Assembly (NCBI RefSeq): GCF_009914755.1 | Contig: NC_060939.1 | Length of the DNA stretch: 64,000 nt | Strand: one strand, 5' to 3' | Source of the DNA: the human T2T-CHM13v2.0 reference genome, Homo sapiens | Notes under the pieces: generated by a model | The model's input: only the letters and a program-made list of their open reading frames with translations | The model's database searches: none | What the model was told of the DNA's origin: nothing | Shown here: positions 40,339-55,978 of the stretch, one piece after another | Numbering within the stretch: the stretch's first letter is position 1 | How the letters are laid out: the number at the start of each line of letters is the position of its first letter | Position numbers and translations under genes: made by a program

Positions 40339-40543
40339 CAGCCTGAGCAACATGGTGAAAACCCATCTCTACCAAAAATTAGCTGGGCATGATGGTGCAT
40401 GCCTGTAGCCTATAGTCCCAGCCATTCAGGAGGTTGAGGTGGGAGGATCAATTGAGCCTAGGAGTTCGAGGCTGCAGTGCACCGAGATCACACCATTGCA
40501 CTCCAACTTGGGTGACAGAATGAGATCCTGTCTCAAAAAAAAA
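40339..40543 (+). mobile_element. 5'-truncated AluJ-like
   Basis: Partial left arm plus right arm. Confidence 0.85.
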
Positions 40544-41231
40544 TATTTTTTCTTAGACCTGTCATTCAAACTTCCTTTAATTATTCATTGTCATTAAGTA
40601 TTTCTTTTTCAGAGCCAAATCCAAGGAGACTTAAATTGTATTATCAAGATTTATTTCATTTATACCACACACATATAACACATATACTTTCCTATACTAT
40701 AGTTTTCAAAACACTATTGTGTTGTCTTCCTTTTTAGAAAAAAAATACAGTAATACTTGAAATTGTATTAGCATTTTAACTAGCCCAGCACCTATTTTTT
40801 TCCACATGTGATTTCCACTGGTGGTTTTCATAGGCCTCTAGAAGTTGTAGGTGTAGCCCCTTGTAGGTACAGATTGCCTTGTTTAAATAAAGGAATCATT
40901 TTTTCTTTAATAGAACCTAATTTTTTAAAAGCACATTTAAGTTGTGCAGTTGTGATTTGAAATAATAACAAAAAGTGATTACACCTAAAAGTTCTAAACT
41001 GGTACAATATTATCATGCCATTAGCTGTGATGGAGCTGAAAGCTGATAGAACTTACACTTGTATCTCATGACTCTGTTTCCTTTGAAGTAAGCACTGGTG
41101 GCTGACCGAGTTTAATGTCCCAGCTTTTTGGATCTCTAAGAGGATTACAGTGTAATTTTATAACCTGCCACAAATTCCTCTCTATGCAACTTACTATGTG
41201 CTATGTATGTGTTTTTAAAAAAATCAACTGG

Positions 41232-41782
<551 letters not shown>

Positions 41783-42562
41783 TCTGAAATTTTAAAAATT
41801 GCTTCGGCATAGTGCTGAAATACTTTATGTATGTAATGTAGAAGTCAATACAACAATAAAAATATCAGTCCTCTCTCTACCCCTCTCCACTCTGAGTCTA
41901 AACACTTTCAACTGTTTGTGATTTACTTTCATGTTCCTAAATAATATGCAAGTGCAGTTATTTCATTTCGTTTCAAGTGTAGTCACTTTCTACTGGTTTT
42001 CTTCTGGGGCTGATGAGAATTTAGCTTTCTTACCATACCCCTCTGGCTGCATTCCTCCCATGCCCCCACTTTGTCCTTCCTCTCATCCTCCCAACATAAT
42101 CGTCTAACAATATTCTGGCTAAATTTAAAGCTGAGTCATATAGTGTACTATGGTAACATGTTTATGTAACTTTTTGTGGGTTTCTTTTTTTCATTAGTAA
42201 TAGCTTATTTTTTGTTGTTGCTTAGTTTTTTATGCTTATTAGGAATTTCTCCCTAAATTCTTTGGTAGAATTGTGATACTCCCTTGAATAGAGTTGGACT
42301 CTAAGATAATCTATCAGTTTCTTTTTCTTTTCATTTTTTTTCTTCTAGATGCTTCCCCACTTTAATTCCTTTGTCTCTAGCTCCTGTCACTCCTGACTAC
42401 TCTGCAACTGCCATCCTGGAGCTCAGTCTTCATAGGAATCCCTTTCATCTGTGTCCTCCACGCAATTTCCTATTGCCTGTATCCCATGCTTTTCCAGTTT
42501 GGGTTTGTTCCTCACTTTGGTAAAGCACAATCTCCAGCAGCTGCTTTTTAAACATTTGAAAA

Positions 42563-42975
<413 letters not shown>

Positions 42976-43500
42976 TAACTGACATCCAGATCAAGATATT
43001 GAATAGTTCCCAAACTCTTCAAGGCTCCCTCATGCCTCTTCCCCATCAGTAACCTCTATCCTACCCCGTACCTTCAACACGGTCATCGCTACTCTGGCTT
43101 CTACCACCATCAATGAGTTTTCCCTGTTCTTGAACTTTATATAAAATCATCATACAGTATGTACTGTTTTGTGTTTGGTATTCTTGCATCATGCTTGGGA
43201 GAGTCATCCATGTTGTTGCATGTACCAGTTGTTTATTTTGTTGTTTGTTTTTGCTATTTTATGTGGTATGAATGTAAAGTATTTGGATATAATAAATAAA
43301 GCTGCTACAACCAGTCTGGTCCCTGTCTTTTGTTGCACGCATGCACTCATTTCTTTTGGGGAATATCACCTAGAGGTGGAATTGCTGGGTCATAGGGTAG
43401 CCATTAACTTCTTGAGAAATGGTACAGTTAGAAATATCTTTGATAGGTTATACATTAGGTTAGGCTAGACTATGCTGCAGAAAAAAATAAGCTTCATTTC

Positions 43501-43792
43501 TTTTTTTTTAATTATACTTTAAGTTTTAGGGTACATGTGCACAACGTGCAGGTTTGTTACATATGTATACATGTGCCATGTTGGTGTGCTGCACCCATTA
43601 ACTAGTCATTAACATTAGGTATATCTCCTAATGACCCAGCCATCCCATTACTGGGTATATACTCAAAGGATTATAAATCATGCTGCTACAAAGACACATG
43701 CATACATATGTTTATTGTGGCACTATTCACAATAGCAAAGACTTGGAACGAACCTAAATGTCCAACAATGATAGACTAGATTAAGAAAATGT
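43501..43792. mobile_element. Short L1PA insertion with 5' inversion, nested in an old MLT1-like LTR (about 43452-44142)
   Basis: Antisense L1PA 3' end 43501-43633 joined to a sense ORF2-end piece 43632-43792; TSD agcttca(t/c)ttctt. Confidence 0.88.
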
Positions 43793-45915
43793 AGCTTCAC
43801 TTCTTAATGGGTTAACATGTCAAGTCTTTTTCTGGGTCACACCAAGTTGGCTGGAAGTTGGGTAACTCTCCAGGGCAACTATCTTTCATGTGGTGATCCA
43901 GTAATGCAAACTGCTTCAATCTCGTGGCTCCACCATTTCAACATCAGACGTCTTCAGAAAGCATGGAGTTCATACTCCTGTCTAATTATTTGGCCAGAAA
44001 GTCTATGTCACTTCTGTTCACAGCCATGATCAGAACGTGTGGCCCTGCCTAACTTGGAGAAGCCTGGGAAGTGTAGTCCTCTTTGCACCCAGGAAGGAAA
44101 GGGGAACCAGATATTGGGGAGCATAAATACTGTATACCACACTTTACATACCTGACAATACCTTGATTCTAATTTCACAGTGAAATGAGAGATTGGCCAG
44201 GGAGTAAAGCCTTGGTAGAAAGTAATTGTTTTCCTTGGGATCTTTAAGTCATTTCTACATTGCTTTTTAGCTTCTACTGTTACTGTTAAGAAGTCCAGTA
44301 CATTTTGAATCAACTTTATGTGGAAACTATTTGTTTCTTTGGAGTTTTAAAGAGTTTTATTTTTTATTCCTAGTATTTTGAAATTTCACAATGACATACC
44401 TTGATATGGGTATTTTACTTTCTTATCTTTACTCATTGTGGTTTTTTTGTTTGTTTCTTTTGTACTGCCTTCTAAAAGATATTCTTAACTTTACCTGCCA
44501 ATTCTTTGTGGATTTTTAAAAACATTTCTACTTTAACATTTTAATTTTTAAGAGATTTTTATAGCATCTTATTATCTAGGTGCAGGAACTCTTAAAGGAG
44601 GGTTTCTGAAGTCTTCTCTTGCATTGCCTCTTTTCTTCATGTTTTTGTTTTCTATTTATTTGTCATTGCTCTTGTTTTTAAAACCTGTCTCTCATATTGG
44701 AGAGTTTCCTAATGTATCTGGAGATCTTTGGCTGCCTACATTTAGGCGTCAGGGAATAAAATGTTGATTGGAAGCCCTGTGTGCTTTGGTAGGACTTGCA
44801 GACTGGTGGACTGCACTGTAGAATGATAGGCAGGAGCCAGGCACTTCGTTGGGTGACTGCCATGTCAGTATTAGTAGGTGTTTTCCTTAGGGTTGGTCAC
44901 TTTCTCCAAAGAAGAACTTGCCAGTCTCCTCTGTAGGGAGCATAGGCTTTGATGTCTGTGTTAATGGAGCTGCATGAAGGTTTCCACGTGTCCCCCTTCA
45001 GTATGTGGACTTTCACTTAATCCTTCTGTTTCTGTCCAGCCTCTTACCCTACTCCCCAGTATCACTGAGTCCAGAACCCTGCTGGTTCAGCCTCTCCAGA
45101 GAGCAAACATCCTGCCTTCTACCGGGGAAGAGGAGAGACGCTCATCTGACTGGAGGCATGGTGAAGACTCTATAACTTACTTTTATAGACATTCAACAAA
45201 GTCTTTGCCTTTGGCTCCACCCATTCCTGTCATCTTCAACACCAAGAACTATCAATCCTGACCTTTCCTAAGTTCTTTAGAGCAACTTATCTTTCTTCTT
45301 CTTGGCTTCCTCTTAGGTTTTATTAGGCTTTTAGGTTTTGGTTGTTTTCCCCACTTTACTCAGTCAACAACTCCTCTCTTTTTGGCTTTCCATCTTCCAA
45401 AATACAATTGTCAACTTTTGTCTGATGTCTCCTCTACAGCTCTCTTTGTCCTTGGGAGTTTACACATTTTTAAATCCCCTTACTGTCATTTTCAATAGGT
45501 TTCTCCAGAGAGTATATATAAATGTTTGTCTTTAATTTTCAATGTTTAATTTGAATCATAACTACTTTGTAAAGCCAGAATACCATCATGTGACTACTGT
45601 GGCTAAAATCTGTTCTTAGAACTTCAATCCTACAGCATGAGTTCTAACCCATAAGCATGCAAGATCTTTCACGATTTAACTCTTGGTAGCTTTTCTAACC
45701 TTAATAAAACAACCCAGACAAAGGATTTTGTTTTGTTTGCTATTTTTCAAATATTCCTACTCTTTCTTGTTTTCAAGGCTATGCATAGACTTTCCATTAC
45801 ATGGAATCTACTTGTCTTCTTCCTATGAAACACCTACTGATTCTTCATCTTTTCTATGAAGCATTCTTTGACTTCTCTAGATCAGAGTAAGTCTCTTCTT
45901 GTATGTTCATATAGC

Positions 45916-46083
45916 AAAAATAATAATAATTATAATAATAATAAAAAATATAAATATAAATATAAATATAAAATTTTTATTTTATAGTTATATTTTTATA
46001 ATTTTATAATATAATTTTATAATATAAAATTTGATTTTTATTTTATAAAAATAAAAATATAATTATTATTATAATAAAAAATA
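45916..46083. repeat. Near-pure AT low-complexity tract
   Basis: About 165 bp with only two G and no C. Confidence 0.9.
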
Positions 46084-46505
46084 CTTCTTTAAAAACAACT
46101 ATATTTTCCCAATCCCACAGTGGAGAATTTAGGTGTAGTATTTTGCAGTTCCACAATGGAGGACTGCTGCACAAAATATTGCCCTCAATGGCTACGATTG
46201 TGTCCTATTCTTCCTTGACTTTTCTAGCACTTAGCAAAGTGTCTGTCATATCTCAGCCATTCAGTATATATTTTATGAATGAATGAATAAGGAAGATATA
46301 ATCTGAGACCTCTTGGGTGCTGCAAAACAATTGCATCAAAAGGTAAAACCTTCACCCTGGAGCCAGGATTTCCAGGTCCTGATTTTTGCCTCAGTTGAGC
46401 TTGCAGGATATAACCTGGCATAACCCACTGTCACTTTTCTGCTCTTGAATTTACTCACTTGTGCAATAGGAATATCTCTCAGAATGTTATCTTCCCCTCC
46501 CCCCC

Positions 46506-46700
46506 TTTTTTTTGACTCAAGAGTCTCAATTTGTTACCCAGGATAAAGTGCAATAGTACAATCATAGCTCATCGAAGCCTCTACCTCCTGTGCTCAAGTG
46601 ATCCTCCCACCTCAGTCTCCTGGGTAGCTGAGACTACAAGCATATGCCACCACACCCAGATAATGAAAAAGCAATACCCTAGAGATAGGGTCAGTTGCCC
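46506..46700 (-). mobile_element. Partial AluJ-like
   Basis: ctcaagtgatcctcccacctcagtctcc. Confidence 0.75.
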
Positions 46701-48019
46701 AGGCGTCATAAGTTTTAAAGACAGGTTAAAAAATTGCTTTGAGTTCCAAAGTCTCTTAGACCAGTTATTTCAAACTCTGTAACTGAATTGTTTTCCTAAT
46801 TGTTCTAGATAAGTTTGCTTCTCCCAAACGCCAAGAAGGCAAGGACACCACCATTGGGAAATGCCCCACATCTAGGCATGATAAGCTACCCACCACACCA
46901 TGGCTTTGTTGTTCTCATTAGCAATGGCTAATGAGCAAGGCTCTTTAAAAGATGCACCCTTTTTGTCTGACCTTGTCTGCTCGACACTGGCCTCAGATGA
47001 GCCTACACTCAAGATCCACCCCACAGCTGTCTCCTTGGTAATCATGTCGTGGGCCAGGATTTGTTTTGTAAAAGATCCAGCTGTATGGAAAGTCCCAACA
47101 ACTGCAAATAGTCAATAGAATAGAATCTTTAACTCTGTTGCTGAGACTTCCAGGTGGGAAAACCTGTGAAAGATTGGTTCCTCTCAGGAAACTTCATCTC
47201 CACACTGGTGCACCTTTCCTGAGAACAGTCGGACAAGCACATTTTTCATTTAGAGCATCAACCCTGGAGGCAGCCAGACATGGGATTCTGCTTTTTTTTG
47301 CTGTCTGACCTCAGCAGGTCTTATCTATTTGAACTATTGACTGTGCTGTTGTTAAATGGAAGTGTCACCACTCGCCTCAAAGGGCTGGGTGTAAGAATTC
47401 AACAACATCATGTGTGTAAGGCAACTAGCACCCAGCAGGCATCCCCTTCCAGTATTTTTCCTCCCAGAAAGGAAGTCACCATTCTGCTCTGTAGATTTTT
47501 ACTTTTTTTCCTTTTACTGTTGGTACTTTTTAAATTTTTTGGCCAGTCTTTTATTGTTCCACCCATTATATCATCTTTCATTTTTCCTTATTTAGGGAAT
47601 ATGTTTGTAGTTTAAAATTTAAATTTAAAAGTATACATTTCATAAATTTTAGTTAAATGTTGGTCATATCTCTCACATCTGCTTTGTGATGATTTCCATC
47701 TTTTTTACTTTATTTTCTTTCTCATTTTTTGTCACATTGTGTTCTCTTAGTTTGTTGGCTTGAAGAGTAATCCCAGATAGCGTTTGGGAGTGTTTTATTC
47801 AGGCATCCATCTTCACAGTTGGAAGGAATAGAGAACCAGGAGAGCCCACTCAGTAGAGGTGAGGGTAGTTTGGAGGGAGAGTTGGGAGTGATGGTTGTGG
47901 TTGAGGGGCGGGGAGTGATGGTTACAAAACAAAGAAGAGTCACAGGAATTTGAAAACAAGAAATGAAATAGCATGGGAACTCATGGGACTTGGAATCTTG
48001 CCAGGAACCAAAGCCACTC

Positions 48020-48318
48020 TTTTTTTTTTTTTTTTTTTTGAGATGGAGTTTCACTCTGTCTCCCAGGCTGGAGTGCACTGGTGTAATCTCGGCTCACTGC
48101 AGCCTCCACCTCCTGGGTTCAAACAATTCTCTGCCTCAGCCTCCTGAGTAGATGGGATTACAGGCACCCACCACCACACCTGGCTAATTTTTGTATTTTT
48201 AGTAGAGACGGGGTTTCACCATCTTGGCCAGGCTGGTCTTGAACTCCTGACCTCATGATCCATCCACCTTGGACTCCCAAAGTGCTGGGATTACAGGTGT
48301 GAGCCACCATGCTGGGCC
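48020..48318 (-). mobile_element. AluS
   Basis: TSD caaagccactc. Confidence 0.92.
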
Positions 48319-48696
48319 CAAAGCCACTCATTTTAGGGGTATTCCCCTTTCCTCTCTGCCCCCTTTCTCCCCCTTTCTCTACATCTGCTCTGTGCTCTTG
48401 TCATATAGAACATGTCTCATGATGGCTAGCCCAGCTTCCCAGTCTACATGACCTTCCATTTGTCTTCTTACAACTAAGAAGTTAGTCTCTCAGTTTCTTA
48501 AGTCCAAAATTTTAAAGAAAGTAATCCAATTGGCCCGGCTCAGTTTTTCTCTTTTCTCACTGGCCTGCTTATGGATGAGTTAGCATTGATCAATGTCCAT
48601 CCTAGTCCAACTGGATATTGCCTGGGAGAATAGCATTGCTTGGAATTTCTGTGACTTTCTGGGTATGCCCCTCCCAGCTGGAGCATGAATGTCTTA

Positions 48697-49097
<401 letters not shown>

Positions 49098-50143
49098 ATA
49101 TTGGGATGCTTATTCTAAATGAGAAAATCCCCCCGCCCCCCACAAAAACAATTAATGTGTCAGAAAAAGACTTATCCTATGATGTAGAGTGTTTTTGGAA
49201 TTTTCTCTATTAAAAATTTAGGTACCTGAGTGATCACTCTCCTTCTTTTGGAAACTTTCCTTTATGTGGAAGCTGTTTGCAAATAATTCTAAAGTGACAT
49301 CGTTCCAAACTTTAAAATCTCACCTCTGGAAACTCCTAAGATGTAGCACCACTTGTTTCTTCACTAGCTCATTTAAGAGGGGGTGACCAAGGGGCACATG
49401 CCACAACTGAGCCAGCTTACCTGGCTACAGAGTTAGATAGGAACCTGGCATTCAGGCATGTCACCTGCATACATCTCACACATAGGCACAAGTGGGCTTG
49501 ATGTGGGAGGTCCTGAGGGATAGGGTCAAGAGGGATCTCTCCCATGAGGCGAGGAACCTGGCCCTTGTTCATCTGGGTGACCAAGCCCAATTGTTAAAAC
49601 ACAAACAATCTATTCCCTGAAATTTTCTTTTTTCAGAGTGAATCTCCCATGTTCTAGTTTATACCTAAAATTATTCTACACATATTCAGAGGCAACATAG
49701 TAAAATCTCACAAGCTTTTCTGAGTTACTCTCCTAACCTAGTTGTCTCAGCAATCTCTCTCTTTTCATCTCTTCACTCTCTTTTTCTCCTCTCCCACAAC
49801 CCTCCACTCCTACCAGGTTGTGCTCTCCACCTCTCCTTAACGTGGTTTTAGGAGTAACCTTTAGGAAGATCTGACTAGTGGAGTCAAATTGCCATAAAAC
49901 ATCTGAGCTCTCATTCTGACAATATGGGAATACAGCTGTAAGGCCAAAGTGACACCATCCCTCAGCTGAAGTATTGAAAATGCTCTACTCTGCCTCTCCT
50001 CCTTTCCTTCCCATCTTCTCGAAGCCAGCTTTTGTAAAGGGTGGATGACTGTGCACAGGGAATTTGCTTCTTATCAAAAGCATGAAAACTGGTACATAAA
50101 CCTTTATTACTTTCCCCTATCCATTTTCACTGCTTAAATCTGA

Positions 50144-50560
<417 letters not shown>

Positions 50561-51346
50561 CTACACTTTAATTTATAAACGATATAACTTACCCAAAAGG
50601 ACAGTATTTAAACAAGCTAGGGAACAAATATCAGGCAGAGAAGGGAGTTATTTATTGTTATTACCAACTTTTCTCCTTTCTAACGAGAACTCTTTGAAAG
50701 AAATGGGTCAATGCCATGCCTCTATTGGAAAATATCCCCCCAAACAGTGCTAGTTAGTGTTTCTGTCTGTTTTCTACATAGAGTGCTTCGTGAAAGACAC
50801 GCCCAAATAGCATAAGACCAGAGCTTGGGAACCTCAGTCTGTTCCAGAAACCAGAGTTCCCACATAACTACATAATGTGCTGCTATCAGGTTACCAGCTC
50901 ACCACAATTGCCTAATGTGACAGTGAGTTTGGGGTGCTGCTGTGGGGAGGTAGAATTACCAGGGGGGATGACTTAGGCTGAGTGGTTGCAGTATTAACGT
51001 GCACAGCTCATAAGCAGGCCAATGCTCCACCTAAATATTTAATCCTAGGCCAAGGATATCCAGGATTAAACTTCTCAAGATCTTTTCCTCCACTTTGAGA
51101 TAATATTGTGTATTAGCTATTGTTTCTATGACACAAGAGTCAAGCAAAGGACAGCATTTAATTGCACTGCTGGTCTTGTTTTCATGCCTCTATTTCAGAG
51201 TATGTTTTGATTTCAGAATCCCCCAAATGATTTCTGACAAGGTTTCTGGTTTTTCCTTTGCAGTGCAAAAAATTGCTTGTTGACTTTTTTATAACAGGTT
51301 CAGGATGGTGATGATGATGATGGTGGCTTGTGACTAAATGTATTTT

Positions 51347-51515
51347 GATTTTTTTTTAAGAGATGAGAACTTGCTACGTTGCCTAGGCTGAAGTACAATG
51401 GCTATTCACAGGTACAATCATAGAGTAGTACAGCTTTGGCTTTCTAAGTTTAAGAGACCCTCCTGCCTCAGCCCCAAGTAGTTGGGACCACAGGTGTGCA
51501 CCATCACACCTGGCT
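51347..51515 (-). mobile_element. Alu monomer (FRAM/FAM-like)
   Basis: Single diverged arm. Confidence 0.7.
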
Positions 51516-54500
51516 TAAATGTAGTCATTTTTATATCAAATTTCAGCCTGCATCTGTTCTTGTTGCTAATCATTACCCGGTCCCAGAGCCTGACCTGGAA
51601 TGGGCTAGGCTCACTAGTGGAATTTATGGAGTTTATCCAATTTAGGGAGATGACAGGGTTGAATGTTGACTTCACACATTCATGGAAATGACAGGTAAAA
51701 GTGGAATGTTTAAAAGACAAGATCCAGTCCTGTTTAATGTGGTTGGTAGCGTTTCTAGTGGTGCATCAAAGCTCCCAGGAGTAAAGCCTAACCTGGGTCC
51801 TAGGATTTAATAGAATTCTGGCATAGGATCCAAGTCTGGAACTTGATCCCCTACATTCACTTCTCAGTTCCTACACACTACACACATTCCCTGAAGAGGT
51901 CCTGCTTGGCTCGGAGTTCCCACTATCACAGCCTTGGTGGGCCACCTTTTCTGACCCTGGATGACCAAATCCCCATGACTTCTAATCCCATGTCTTAAGC
52001 ATGATCATCACTCCACCCCCTAGCTCCCATGTGACAGTCTAGATCACTGTTTACCTCTCCTGATGGTAAATTCCTTGGCTGAAAATTATCCAGATGTCCT
52101 GCACAACTAAACAGGCAAGAGGTTAAATAGTCCTGTATAATGACAATTTGCAAAGATTTTTCCTAAGTAGCAAAATATTCTTCAACTTAAATCTTATGCA
52201 GATGTCCAATATCTAAGACAGGTGAAAGTGGTACTGCAGGGATGTTCCACCATGATGTCGTGTTGACCCTAAGGAAACTTCACAAACTTGACCCTAAGGC
52301 TCCCCAGAACATGGATTGGAAACCACTACTGTACAGGATTCTGAAATGGGATGAAGAAATCAAAAAGTTTGCAGCTCATTTCAACAGTTTCTTCACTTAG
52401 CAATTATAGCTTCTGTTCCATGACCTGCCTCTGAACCCAAGCCTCTTGGATTCTATTCAGAGCCAGGGAATGGGGTGACCTATAATAAAGCAAGCTTCCC
52501 ACTCCCTTGTTCAATTTCTTCTCCAAGTTTTTCACCAAATTCCTGCTCTTGTATGTCCTGCAGGTCTCTAGTCAAAGGATCTAGATTCTAATTCCGGTTC
52601 TGCTTTTTCCAGCTGTATGTAAGGATCATTTGAACTCCCTAGGACCTGATTTCCTTCTGGACTGATGGTGATAATAAAACCTACTTTACCTGTCATGAGG
52701 ATAAAGATTAATATAAGCTAACTGTATAAAAGTATTATATAAATTAGGCATTATACATACTTTGGAAGTTGTTATTAATACATACACTAGAGTACTGGAG
52801 ACAAGAGATACATTACCAAAGATTTATGGTTAAACTGTAATCACTGTTCTTAACCTGGATAGCTCTGGAGGCACACACAGAGGATACAGATGTTGGAGAA
52901 AAATGACCTGCTTTTTTTTTTTTTTTTTTTTTTTTTAGCATCCTCCCGGTGCTATGAATGAGGAGTTGACCTGTGATGTAGAGTCACAAATCTCAGTGTA
53001 TGCTAGCAGGAGATTTAAGGGAGATGGACATCTCCCCTGGTGAAGTGTCATAGAGCAGAAGATGATCACCAAACTCAGACTTTTGGCAGCACCGGGAAAA
53101 TGATGAATTTGTTGACAACCAGCATAGGGTGTTTGACCAAGCACCTATGTGAGGCTGCAGGCAAAGCAAGGCAAGTTTCAGCATTTGTCCTGCGTCATCC
53201 ATGAGAAAGTAGCCATGGAGCCAATGACTGCTTCCATGCATTCACGCAGAAGTGCTCAGGATCCTGGAGAGAAGGACAATGAAGACCGACAGTGGCAAAG
53301 AGGAACCCTATTAGGAGTAGCCTAAGGCAGGTCACTGCTGTAATCTCTCACATATTATAGTATTCTAGAGTGTGAAAAAAGGAATTTAGAGATTATTTGG
53401 TGCAGAAGTCAGAAACCCATGGCACTTATACCATGGCAGACACCACTAAGCAAGACTCACTGTGAGACTCCTTAATCATAAAATGGATTAATAATGACAC
53501 AATTTATGTAGATCACTTAGAATAGTGACTTTCACAGAATACTCAAAAATTGCTATTTTTCACAATGACCCATGTTAGCATTTTCCCACTTACTCATGAT
53601 GTAGTCTCAGAATCCCTTTCCAGACACAACACTCTAGGAAGCCACCTCCAAGATGTGAGAAGAAACTAAGGAGCCGTTTCCAATGATTCCTAGTTCAATT
53701 CCTCCTCCTAGCCTTGCCCCCACCACCATTTTGTGATGAAGGAAACTGACGCTAAGGGAGAAGGAGTGCTGCCTGTCCACTGTACTGTACACCCTGTAAA
53801 GACTGATCATGGTTGGAAACACCGGTCATTGTATCTGCTTTCTGGAATGTTACTGTACAGCATCTCACCTCCATTTTAAATAGCCCTTCATAAGCGAGAC
53901 ATCGTCTTCTAAGATTTTGGTAACTCCCTCTCCCCATGTCAGTGTCACCAATGACTTAGTCATATTACTGTGAGACAAGGCGAGGTGAAGGGAGGCTCAA
54001 GTTCTGTGCAGAGTGACATTAAGCAAAGGAATCACAGAGTTTTAGAGGAAAAGAAAATGAATGACTTCACAGTCCATGTGAATGACAAGACAAGATGGAA
54101 TCCATAGGGCTGAAAAGAGACTAGTATAACATTAATCATGTTATGCTGGCAACAATAGCTGGCCCTACCCTTAGTATTTTAACCACTTCTTAATTTGCTA
54201 AGCTTCTTGATGAGCTCAAGTAGTCGTACCAACCAGGGGCTGCGAAGCAAATCTGCCTGAGAGGCGGTGAGTCACTCCTCTGAGGCTGCCCCGGTGTGCA
54301 GCTATCTGGACTTGCGCCATGCTTGCTTTTCCCCCACTACCTCCCTCCTCCTCCCCATTTCTCCCCAGACAGATTGTGAAGTCTCTTTGCTTGGTCCACT
54401 CCCTGCCTGTCTCCAATCCTCTGATTGCTTCACCTTCCCCCGGCTGCCATTATCTGTCGCGACCCACCCTTTCGGCATCCAGTCCTCGGTCCACACCCAG

Positions 54501-55978
54501 TGTCACTTTTCTGTTCATCAGCCTCTTTCTCTGCTCTCACTCCCACTCTCTTTGCTGTAGCCCATTTCTTTCCATTCTTCTCACTTATTAGTTTCCTGAG
54601 CTCCACCCTTCCTTATTCATCCCAGTTCTTATCTTTTATGTCTATTTCTCTAGACATTCTTTTCTTTTTAAACATCACAGTGCTGAGATTTAAACTCAGA
54701 GGAAAGTGTGTTTTGACCTATACTACCCTTCATAGCACATTTTCTCAAGGGTTTGACATTTCTCATCATGATCTGCATTCAAACTATTCATTCTCTTTTG
54801 TCTACTGATAGACTTTCTTCAATACCATGTAGCTATAAAGTCCCATCGATTTTTTTTTTTCTTGTTATGTTACTGGAGGCGGACAGGAGGCTGAAAGAGC
54901 AATGAGCACAAGAACGTAGAAGGGATTGGATTGGATTGGATGACTTCCAGCATCTTCATGAGCTCTGCAGCCCTGGAAGCTAGATTTTACTTCACCATTT
55001 GTACTCATTCTCTCCATATCATTTCTAAGAATATATTCACTCCTTTATGCACAGAAAACCTGGACTGGGGTAGAGAGATTGGTCTCCCTGATAAAAATCT
55101 TGGACAAATTACTATTTGCTTTATCAAGTGAGGGGAAGAAAAGGGATAGGGATAGAAGGGAGCAGAAATAGTATAATCCCTCTCTCTTTCTCTCATCCCC
55201 TTCTGTCAACCTGCAAATGAAGAACTGGCAGCTAAACCATGGAAATTGGACTAGTTTAATCTGGTTTTCAAAGATGGAGTTGAATTGGATCCCTTGGTAG
55301 CTATAAAGTAGGCAAAGTTAGTTTGCTCTGCCAGAACAATTTGGGTTTCATAGATTCACAGATCTCTTCCATCTGGAGACATAGAGCTGAGCTAGCAGTC
55401 GGGACCCATTTTTGAAAGTTAGGGCTTGTGTGCATGAAGTGGGACCTCAGCTACTCCAGGTGTTTCTGGACATCCCCCGGGGTGCCTCATATGTGCTCCC
55501 ACCCAGTTCTCACAGTCATTCACTCCAGCCCTCTCACAGGTATTTGCTGCCCCAAAGTCACAGAACACCTTGCCCCAACCCTGTAAGAATCCCACCAGCT
55601 CCCTCCACATGGTATTATTTCCTGGTGATCTCAAAGCTGAAACCCTGGAGATGCAAAAATGACAGCAGCTTCCCCTAGATCCTGACAGCACTGGAGCATC
55701 TTGTGTTCCCTGTGGGCCTGGTAGAAGGCAGTGATATCTGTCACAACTGTCATCCAGGCCCCAAAGCCTGTCTGCTCATGGCCTCTGGCTCTGTGGAGCT
55801 CAGAGAAGAAACAGAAATATGGAAAAGATCTCAGCTCCCTTGAACCTGCCCCCAAGCACCTTTGAACAGCACCCTATCAAGAACTCCCTTCCTCTCTCAT
55901 CCCCACCCTCCTCTGGTGAAAATCAGCACTAAAAAATAGCCCAATCAACTCACAGATTGACTTAAAACCCTTTGCCTT

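Noticed and set aside
52911-53300. Possible processed pseudogene behind the poly-T run
   Set aside because: No polyA signal, TSD or recognisable protein on the minus strand
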